Source of the DNA: Candidatus Thorarchaeota archaeon
Lineage (GTDB): Archaea > Asgardarchaeota > Thorarchaeia > Thorarchaeales > Thorarchaeaceae
Direction of reading: 5' to 3'
DNA: 32,000 nucleotides
NCBI GenBank assembly: GCA_003345555.1
Contig: PRDJ01000063.1
Location: 1 to 32,000 of the forward strand
The notes under the pieces: generated by a model
Told to the model about the DNA's origin: nothing
The model's input: the letters and a program-made list of their open reading frames with translations, nothing else
Databases searched by the model: none
Made by a program: the position numbers and the translations under genes
Shown: positions 7,982-15,043 of the stretch, in pieces
Position numbering within the stretch: position 1 is the first letter of the stretch
Layout of the letters: each line of letters opens with the position of its first letter

Positions 7982-9898
7982 CTGGAGTCTCAAGAGCATT
8001 ACAGGGCAATTGAATTGAAAATTGGCCTCGAGCTGCATCAGCAACTCGATAGTAGCCGGAAGCTGTTCTGCCACTGTGCTCCGGTCGTTCGAGAAGATGA
8101 GCCAGATGGACGTTTCATCAGACGTCTCAGACCGACAACGAGTGAAATGGGCCAGGTTGATCCTGCAGCATTGTTTGAATTCCAGAAGCAGAAGAGCTTC
8201 TATTACGAGTATTACGACGACACTACCTGCCTCGTTGAAGCCGACGAGGAGCCTCCTCATGACCTCAACCCTGAGGCTATTGACATATGTTTGACAATCG
8301 CTGCTATTCTCAAATCGACTCCAGTCCACGAAATCCACGCTATGAGAAAGATTGTGATAGATGGTAGCAATACGGCCGGCTTTCAGCGGACTGCCATAGT
8401 CGCGAATGGTGGCAGCATTCAGGTGGGAGGAAAGACAGTCGGCATCCAGATGATTGGTCTTGAAGAGGATGCCGCGAGGAAGATTGCTGATGACGATGAA
8501 AAGAACGCCAGAATATACCGTCTTGATCGACTTGGTATTCCCCTAGTTGAAATCGCGACGGCTCCTGACATTAGCTCACCGAAAGAAGCTCAGGAGGTTG
8601 CTCAAGCCATCGGCTTGCTCCTCCGGTCCACTGGTAGGGTGAAGCGCGGTCTGGGCACAATCAGGCAAGATGTCAACATATCAATTGAAGGCGGACGAGT
8701 TGTCGAAATCAAGGGGTTCCAGCAGCTTGACCTGATCAGCAGGCTTGTCGAGCTTGAGGTCCAGAGACAAGAAGGTCTCACGGGAATACGTGACGTGCTT
8801 CTGCAAAGAGGTGTCACCCCAAACATGTTTCAACAGACACCTCAGGACATCACCGTACTCCTTGCGAATTCCGGATCCAAGCTCATTAGAGGTGCGCTCG
8901 AATCCGGCGGTGTGGTTCTTGGAGTGAAGCTTCCCGGATTTGCTGGCTTGGTTGGACAGGAATTGCAGCCAGGGCGAAGACTTGGCACCGAGCTGTCGGA
9001 CTACGCGAAATTCTGGGGCGGAGTTGGAGGTATTTTCCACACAGATGAGCTGCCCAAGTACGGAATCACATCTTCCGATGTTGCGAAGATGCGGGAATCT
9101 CTGAATGCCGATGACATGGACGCAGTGGTCATAGTCGCTGCTTCGAAGAGGAACTGCGAAGATGCTCTCCACGCTGTTCTGGATAGGGCTCGTGCCGCAT
9201 TAGAGGGAGTGATTTCCGAGACACGAACACCCCTACCGGATGCGTCGTCAAAGTACGCTCGGCCCCGGCCTGGCGCACAAAGGATGTATCCCGAGACCGA
9301 TGTGCGGCCCGTTAAGGTCACTGTAGCACATCTCAAGACAATCGCCCGAAACATGCCCGAGACCTTGGAGAGCAAAGAAGAACGATTCGTGAAGGAGTAT
9401 TCTCTTAGTAGAGAGATGGCATCACAAGTGACCCGGTCTTTGAATCTCGACCTCTTCGAGAAGATTGTCAAGGTCTCTTCTGTTGCTCCTAAGCTGGTTG
9501 CTACAACGTTAGAGAACACAATGGTGCGTCTTCAGAGGGACGGAGTCGCTGTTGATAGCCTAGATGAAAGGCATCTGCTGTCGGTCTTCCAAGCGGTATC
9601 AGAGGGCAAGTTAACACCCGAAGGAATCCCTACACTGCTAACGGGACTCGCCAGTAATCCCAATCGTGAAGTAGAGGAGCTGCTTGCAGCCACTCGAACT
9701 GGTACGATGAGTCACGACGAGGCGCAATCGATCATCCACCGCATAGTGGACGACCGTCGCGATTTCATACGGGAACATGGTGAGGACTCAATTAGCGGTC
9801 TCATGGGTATTGCAATGAAGGAAATCCGAGGGCGTCTTGACGGAAAGGCGGTCAAAGAGCTACTTTCTGCCGAGGTCAAGCAAGTCCTCAAGGAGTAG
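7982..9898 (+). CDS. gatE: Glutamyl-tRNA(Gln) amidotransferase subunit E
   Basis: KIGLELHQQL, MRKIVIDGSNTAGFQRT, LEEDAARK, RLDRLGIPLVEIAT, RGLGTIRQDVNISI, RPGAQRMYPETD. Start uncertain (CTG7982 or TTG8015; the track's 7916 overlaps gatD). Confidence 0.97.
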   Translation: MESQEHYRAIELKIGLELHQQLDSSRKLFCHCAPVVREDEPDGRFIRRLRPTTSEMGQVDPAALFEFQKQKSFYYEYYDDTTCLVEADEEPPHDLNPEAIDICLTIAAILKSTPVHEIHAMRKIVIDGSNTAGFQRTAIVANGGSIQVGGKTVGIQMIGLEEDAARKIADDDEKNARIYRLDRLGIPLVEIATAPDISSPKEAQEVAQAIGLLLRSTGRVKRGLGTIRQDVNISIEGGRVVEIKGFQQLDLISRLVELEVQRQEGLTGIRDVLLQRGVTPNMFQQTPQDITVLLANSGSKLIRGALESGGVVLGVKLPGFAGLVGQELQPGRRLGTELSDYAKFWGGVGGIFHTDELPKYGITSSDVAKMRESLNADDMDAVVIVAASKRNCEDALHAVLDRARAALEGVISETRTPLPDASSKYARPRPGAQRMYPETDVRPVKVTVAHLKTIARNMPETLESKEERFVKEYSLSREMASQVTRSLNLDLFEKIVKVSSVAPKLVATTLENTMVRLQRDGVAVDSLDERHLLSVFQAVSEGKLTPEGIPTLLTGLASNPNREVEELLAATRTGTMSHDEAQSIIHRIVDDRRDFIREHGEDSISGLMGIAMKEIRGRLDGKAVKELLSAEVKQVLKE

Positions 9899-10063
9899 GC
9901 GTCGTTTACTGACAAGGATCGGCGACACGATTCCTCACCTACTCACTCGTGCACGTGCTTAGAAGAACCCAGAGTCATTCATATTATCGCAGACTCCTGT
10001 CCTTCCAGCTAGATTTAATAATGAATCACAGATGCTTGCCGAGCCAACCAAGCGAAAAGCCAT

Positions 10064-10203
10064 GCCGCAGTGGCCTAGTTGGCTAGGGCGCGAGACTCAT
10101 AATCTCCTCGAACTCGTCGGGGTACACATGGGGTCACAAGGTCTCGACCCAAACCAGATAAGCGATCTCGAAGTCGGGGGCTCGAATCCCCCCTGCGGCA
10201 CCA
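10064..10203 (+). tRNA. Elongator tRNA-Met(CAT) with 63-nt canonical 37/38 intron (10102-10164)
   Basis: GCCGCAG/CTGCGGC + ACCA (G1-C72, so not the initiator); CGAGA-CT-CAT-A[intron]A-TCTCG; T-loop reads CTCGAAT. Met versus Ile2 is assigned from acceptor similarity to archaeal elongator Met. Confidence 0.88.
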
Positions 10204-10320
10204 TCCCATTGCTGCTCCAAGGGGTCGGGAACTCGGGGACCCCGCAGCCCAACTAGACTCTCCGTTCTTATGGCAATGCCTATATTCCAATAAACTGACA
10301 CGGTTCTCGGGAAAACAGAA

Positions 10321-11529
10321 TTGTCATTGCCGTTTAAGACGCTTAATGATGTACAGTATGCAGGAAAGCGGGTGCTTGTGCGCGCCGACCTCAATTCCTC
10401 GTTGGACCCTAAGACGAAAGCAATCCTCGACGATTCGAGAATAATCGCCTCTCTTACCACGCTGAAAGAGCTGGCCAAGAGCAAGGTCGTCGTCATGGCA
10501 CATCAAGGTCGACCTGGTGATGAGGACTTCACTTCATTGGAGAAGCATACAGAGGTTCTGAAGAAGAATGGAATCAAAGCAAGCTTCGTCAATGACATCT
10601 TTGGTCAGAAGGCAAAGGATGCAATCAAGCAGGTGAAGGTCGGTGAAGTGCTTGTTCTGCAGAATACACGATACTTCGAAGGTGAGATGAAGACAGGTAC
10701 TCCTGAGGAAATGGCAAAGGAACCCATTGTGCAAGAGCTTTACCCTCTGTTCGACCTCTTTGTCAATGATGCCTTTGGTGCGGCACACAGGGCTCAACCA
10801 TCGATAGTTGGCTTCACTACAGTTCTCCCTTCAGTCGCAGGACGACTCGTGGAGAAGGAGATACGCACCCTGACCGCCGCCACTGCAACAGGCAAACATC
10901 CGTGGACTCTAGTGCTCGGCGGGGCGAAAGTAGAGGACAAGGTTCAGACACTCCAAAAGCTACTTGCTACTGGTCGAGTAGACAATGCACTTCTGGGTGG
11001 TCTCGTAGGGACGTTGTTCCTTGTTGCGCAGGGATCCATCCCAAAGGAATACGCTAGCTCAATCAAGGGCTATGAGTCGTCGCTGACTATCGCCAAACAG
11101 CTACTTGACAAGTATCCCAAGGTCATAGGTCTGCCAGTTGACGCCGCTGTTGAGAAGGACGGGAAGCGTGTTGAGTGCAAACTCGATCAGACGAAAGGAG
11201 CCCCTCTCCTAGACATTGGACCCTTGACAACGGACAAGTTTGCCAAGACCATTACCCAGTCAGCTGTGGTGTTTGCCAACGGGCCCATGGGTTACTTCGA
11301 GAAAGCACCTTTCGCAGTCGGAACTGAGAAGGTACTCGACGCAATTGTCAAATGCAAAGGTGTCACGATAGTTGGCGGAGGGCACGTGGGCGCCGTTGCT
11401 CAGATGAAGGGCGTAGCAGGCAAAGTCACCCACATAAGCACCGGCGGTGGTGCAACCATCAATTTTCTAACAGGCAAGAAACTTGAGCTCGTTGCTGCAC
11501 TTGAGGCCGCGGCAAAAAGGATGAAATAG
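10321..11529 (+). CDS. pgk: Phosphoglycerate kinase
   Basis: VLVRADLNS, HQGRPG, LQNTRY, NDAFGAAHR, LGGAKV, NGPMG, GGGH, HISTGGGA. Confidence 0.98.
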   Translation: MSLPFKTLNDVQYAGKRVLVRADLNSSLDPKTKAILDDSRIIASLTTLKELAKSKVVVMAHQGRPGDEDFTSLEKHTEVLKKNGIKASFVNDIFGQKAKDAIKQVKVGEVLVLQNTRYFEGEMKTGTPEEMAKEPIVQELYPLFDLFVNDAFGAAHRAQPSIVGFTTVLPSVAGRLVEKEIRTLTAATATGKHPWTLVLGGAKVEDKVQTLQKLLATGRVDNALLGGLVGTLFLVAQGSIPKEYASSIKGYESSLTIAKQLLDKYPKVIGLPVDAAVEKDGKRVECKLDQTKGAPLLDIGPLTTDKFAKTITQSAVVFANGPMGYFEKAPFAVGTEKVLDAIVKCKGVTIVGGGHVGAVAQMKGVAGKVTHISTGGGATINFLTGKKLELVAALEAAAKRMK

Positions 11530-11634
11530 TCACTTCAGCGCGGACGGGATGGGTCGACGCTATTCTTCCCTCCGGCCTCGCGTTTTTTCTGGGAATGACA
11601 CCTCTAGCGAGTTTGGCTCGTGCGCAAGAAAAAG

Positions 11635-11746
11635 TGGAGCCTCGGGCGAGTCTTGAACTCGCGACCTTCCGCTTTTCCGGCCTGCAGGCTGCGCTCCTGC
11701 TGCAAAGCTTACAAGGCGGATGCTATAACCCCTAAGCCACCGAGGC
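11635..11746 (-). tRNA. tRNA-Thr(TGT) with 36-nt canonical 37/38 intron (11674-11709)
   Basis: GCCTCGG/CCGAGGC + TCCA; TCCGC-CT-TGT-A[intron]A-GCGGA; T-arm GCGAG-TTCAAGA-CTCGC; strong intron helix, imperfect central helix. Confidence 0.93.
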
Positions 11747-11901
11747 CTGACTTGGCTGAAAACCAACCCAGTTCTCTAATAAAGGTTTATCATGATTGCA
11801 GCAATAACCACAGGCTTCGTCAGTGAGAACGTATGAAATCCATGTCCATCTGTTTCCCTTGCAGAGTCCGTCTCGCTCCGCTTCAGTGTGTCGTCGCTGT
11901 T

Positions 11902-12444
11902 CTATACATTGAGACTAGCATCACTAACCACTATGGCATAAGCAAGAAGCAAGAGTCTGTCCATCTCAGGATCCTCAATGTCAATCACGTATGTTTCTAC
12001 GAACCCTGGACCTAGATGAGACATTCGTTCCCAACAGCCCGCTTTCGTGATAGTCGCGCAGTCTCCGCCGCCCCTTCTTGGATTGCTTATTACGAACTCC
12101 CATCTGACTGCATTGCCTGTTGCCCTGAGCAATTCCTCGTTGTCAGTCGAATACATTCTCATGAAATCTTTGAATCCGCCTGCTGTTCTCTTGGCTCTGC
12201 CTAGCTGCCTTCCAGCAGCATCCGTGACATCGTAAACAGGATTCAAACCCGTGGTCTTTCTGTGCACTGCACACAGAACACTACTATCGGTATCAAGGAC
12301 CTGAATCTCGGTTCGCATGAGCAGAAGCTTACGCTTCACGGAACCGACTGCTTCACCCGCCTCATTCTCTATGTCACCAGCTCCGACTTTCCACGCTTTC
12401 CCGCTCAGAATGTAGCGCATTATTGACGGGTCCAGCAATCTCAT
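11902..12444 (-). CDS. LURP-one/tubby-C/scramblase-like beta-barrel protein
   Basis: Repeated pattern of IENEAGEAVGSVKRK, VTDAAGRQLGRAKR, ATITKA, and C-terminal YVIDIEDPEMDRLLLLAYAIVV helix typical of the LURP-one family. Confidence 0.7.
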   Translation of the reverse strand: MRLLDPSIMRYILSGKAWKVGAGDIENEAGEAVGSVKRKLLLMRTEIQVLDTDSSVLCAVHRKTTGLNPVYDVTDAAGRQLGRAKRTAGGFKDFMRMYSTDNEELLRATGNAVRWEFVISNPRRGGGDCATITKAGCWERMSHLGPGFVETYVIDIEDPEMDRLLLLAYAIVVSDASLNV

Positions 12445-12740
12445 GATGACATGCCTTCTGCGAGTCCTCTCTTTACAGCATTTAAGCCAATCTGGAGCAG
12501 AGCGTTGTCCTTGGGTCTCCTTGCATATACAGGGGGTCGTTTACCCGTCAATAATGGCAGTCTGCTCAATCACATCGAGGACATCTTTATGAGTCCTCAC
12601 GTAGACATAGAGAATTGACACTGCTGCGCCAGAAAGGGGCAGCATCACGCGTGTGATACAAAGAAACAATATTCAAGAGAAGACTAAAATATCACACAGA
12701 ACACGGCTGCCTCGAACGGAGTGCCACAAGGTGATACCGG

Positions 12741-13655
12741 ATGCAGATTGATGAGATCTTTGACAATCTACTAGCTGCCATGGGCATAGGCACAGGAGTA
12801 TTCTTCATTATCTACACTGCAATCTTTGTCGGTATCATCCTGTTTCTAGTACATCGTATGCAAGCCGGCAGCAAAGGACTGCCGGAGGGCGTCACTAGGA
12901 TAATCGCCTCCACAGGTGACGTGTCCGCAGGGATTGTAGGAGCCAAGAAGCTGAAATTCATCAAGACGCCTTCTACAGCTCTGGTGTTTCTGAAAATCGA
13001 AGAGAATGCAATCCAACAGGCACTCTCTGCCGCCGATTACTTCGCTCAGCAAGGCGAGATTGATGAGTCAACAAAGAGCAAGATAGCTGAGGCATACCAA
13101 GCACGACTTGACGCTGTACGAACAGCCATTGCCAGAGACGAAGAGCTCAGAGAAGTGATGGCGACATCCTCGGCTGTAGACAAGGCTCGTTCTGATTACC
13201 TAAGAAAGATGGCCGCTATGTCCGGGACGGCGGTCGAAGCGGAGACAGAGGCCGCAGGGCCGACAAGCGTGGGTATGCCTACTCCGGGTCGACCATCAGG
13301 CCTCAAGCCCGGGAAGGGTTTGACAGCTCCGCCTGCAGGAGGTCCACCATCGGGAGGTCCACCATCAGGAGGCCCACCTTCAGGAGGCCCGCCGTCAGGT
13401 GGTCCGCCACTGGGCGGCCCCTCCTCTGAAGCTGCACCCAGTGCCGGAGGTCCGCCAGTTGCAGTTCCGGACATTGGTGGTCCGCCTTCTGGCCTGCCAA
13501 TGCCATCATCCAGCCCGCCCAGCGGCCCATCTCCAGCTGTTGGCCCTGCTCCTGCCGCGAGCAGTCGACCAACACCAGCGGGAGCTGCTAAGAGTTCCCT
13601 CCAGTCGGAAATGCTTGCTGAGATGGAACGGCTTAGGGCTCTCATGGGTGAGTAA
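12741..13655 (+). CDS. Hypothetical membrane-anchored protein with helical domain, Pro/Gly-rich region and C-terminal amphipathic helix
   Basis: 304-aa ORF; one N-terminal hydrophobic span (GVFFIIYTAIFVGIILFLV); synonymous variation across the repeat units supports coding status. Confidence 0.85.
   Translation: MQIDEIFDNLLAAMGIGTGVFFIIYTAIFVGIILFLVHRMQAGSKGLPEGVTRIIASTGDVSAGIVGAKKLKFIKTPSTALVFLKIEENAIQQALSAADYFAQQGEIDESTKSKIAEAYQARLDAVRTAIARDEELREVMATSSAVDKARSDYLRKMAAMSGTAVEAETEAAGPTSVGMPTPGRPSGLKPGKGLTAPPAGGPPSGGPPSGGPPSGGPPSGGPPLGGPSSEAAPSAGGPPVAVPDIGGPPSGLPMPSSSPPSGPSPAVGPAPAASSRPTPAGAAKSSLQSEMLAEMERLRALMGE
13338..13427 (+). repeat. Six tandem 15-nt units encoding GGPPS x4, GGPPL, GGPSS
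   Basis: gga ggt cca cca tcg / gga ggt cca cca tca / gga ggc cca cct tca / gga ggc ccg ccg tca / ggt ggt ccg cca ctg / ggc ggc ccc tcc tct. Confidence 0.95.
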
Positions 13656-13837
13656 ATCATCAACTCTTCGTTCTGGATAGGCTTTCCGAGGGACAGGACG
13701 CTATCGAGTATCGATTTCTGCTCTTCGCGCGCCAAGAGACCGGAGTACTGTAGTTGCAGCTTTTCTAACGCCGGGGAAGAGGCATTCGAACAAAACCAGT
13801 CTTGCCCCGTTATTAGGTGGGCTGGCTACAGATTAGT

Positions 13838-14056
13838 ATGCATGCTGAGAGATGGCACGTAGTAGGCGGCCAGGTCTACAGGCTGGCCAACGTATTTGCG
13901 ACTAGCCGGGAAGCGGTGATAGTGGCACGATTGCTGAGAAGCCGCCTTTACGTAGTCATATCTAGGGACGAAGATGGTTTCTGGGCCGTCTACTGGCGAC
14001 CGAAGACCAATCCCGCAGAGTCGTCGACGGGATGTTGTGGAGTTACCAGAGCATAA
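13838..14056 (+). CDS. Small hypothetical protein (72 aa)
   Basis: Protein-like beta-alpha-beta-beta pattern (YRLANVFATSREAVIVARLLR...VVISRDEDGFWAVYWR); TTATTA at 13810-13815 fits a leaderless ATG13838. Confidence 0.55.
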   Translation: MHAERWHVVGGQVYRLANVFATSREAVIVARLLRSRLYVVISRDEDGFWAVYWRPKTNPAESSTGCCGVTRA

Positions 14057-14154
14057 AGCATCTTGACCCAATACAGAATCAGACTCTCTCGGAAGCCTTA
14101 TTGAGCGGATGAACCGATACGATTTGTACAGCCTGTGGAGACGTCCGAAGGGAA

Positions 14155-14838
14155 TTGTCAGAGGCAAAGGCAAATGCGGCTAGGAGTGTACTGAAGCTAC
14201 TCCCAAGGGAGGGTGCAATCGGGCTTGGAAGCGGCTCCACGGTAGCTCTCTTTGCAGAAGGGCTCGGCCGTCAAGTTTCTGAAGGCAAGACGAAAGTATC
14301 AGTTGTCCCGACTTCATATCAAGCCTATCGACTTGCAGTAGAGTACAAAATACCTCTGACCAATCTTGATCTTAATCCCGAGCTCTTGCTCACCGTGGAT
14401 GGGGCCGACGAAGTCGACAGGCAGCTAAACCTCACAAAAGGCGGTGGAGGTGCGCTCCTTCGGGAGAAGGTGGTTGCTGCAGCTTCTCGAAAACTCGCAA
14501 TAATCATTGACGAATCGAAACTAGTTGACAACCTCGGAATCAAGTTTCCGATTCCAATTGAGGTCTTGCCCTTTTCGCTCGGGTTTGTCAGAAGAAGAAT
14601 AGACACGATGGGCATTGCTTCATCCATTCGTGAATCCCAAGGCAAGCTGGGTCCAGTCATCACGGACAACGGCAATTTCATAATTGACCTCAAGTTCCCC
14701 AAACCCATTAGTGATCTAGCTGGTACGTCGACCGGTTTGAAGATGATTCCAGGCGTTGTGGAGACCGGTCTCTTCGTTGGCATGGCAAACGAAGTGCACG
14801 TTGGTACTGCGACCAAATCCTATGTGCTCAAGAAATAG
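14155..14838 (+). CDS. rpiA: Ribose-5-phosphate isomerase A
   Basis: IGLGSGST, VDGADEVD, KGGGGALLREK, IPIEV, TDNGNFIID, IPGVVETGLF. Confidence 0.98.
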   Translation: MSEAKANAARSVLKLLPREGAIGLGSGSTVALFAEGLGRQVSEGKTKVSVVPTSYQAYRLAVEYKIPLTNLDLNPELLLTVDGADEVDRQLNLTKGGGGALLREKVVAAASRKLAIIIDESKLVDNLGIKFPIPIEVLPFSLGFVRRRIDTMGIASSIRESQGKLGPVITDNGNFIIDLKFPKPISDLAGTSTGLKMIPGVVETGLFVGMANEVHVGTATKSYVLKK

Positions 14839-14847
14839 CCAAGGGCA

Positions 14848-14958
14848 TGGCGGGCCCGGTGGGATTCGGACCCACGATCACCAACTTAGGAGGCTGGTGC
14901 TTTATAATCCTCTCACAAGAATACGCGTTCTCGCAAGTCCAGGCTAAGCCACGGGCCC
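14848..14958 (-). tRNA. tRNA-Arg(CCT) with 33-nt D-loop intron (~19/20; 14906-14938)
   Basis: GGGCCCG/CGGGCCC + GCCA; CCAGC-CT-CCT-AA-GTTGG; intron hairpin CTTGCGAGAA/TTCTTGTGAG; splicing restores D-arm GCTT-AGCCTGGATA-AAGC; T-loop reads TCCGAAT. Confidence 0.9.
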
Positions 14959-14984
14959 AAAGCGACTGAGTTTGTGGCAGGCTG

Positions 14985-14990
14985 TTAAAG
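14985..14990 (-). promoter_or_regulatory. TATA box of tRNA-Arg(CCT)
   Basis: CTTTAA preceded by an A-rich BRE-like stretch, 27-32 nt upstream of the mature 5' end. Confidence 0.55.
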
Positions 14991-15043
14991 CTTTTGAAGT
15001 TCCTCAACCTATTCTCGGCCAAAGAACTGGAGAGAATGAAGTT

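Noticed and set aside
7916-7984. GatD-GatE fusion or programmed frameshift at the junction
   Set aside because: gatD ends normally at TGA7980 and gatE has plausible independent starts; no slippery sequence seen.
10032-10496. Short ORFs overlapping tRNA-Met and pgk (likewise those over the other tRNAs)
   Set aside because: Explained by GC-rich tRNA sequence or by the antisense of real genes.
13196-13735. 179-aa antisense ORF with GGPP repeats
   Set aside because: GGN-CCN codons are mutual reverse complements, so the repeat mirrors automatically; the plus-strand ORF has the TM anchor and coherent domains.
13826-14173. 115-aa minus-strand ORF
   Set aside because: Overlaps the rpiA start and the more protein-like plus-strand ORF; low-information composition.
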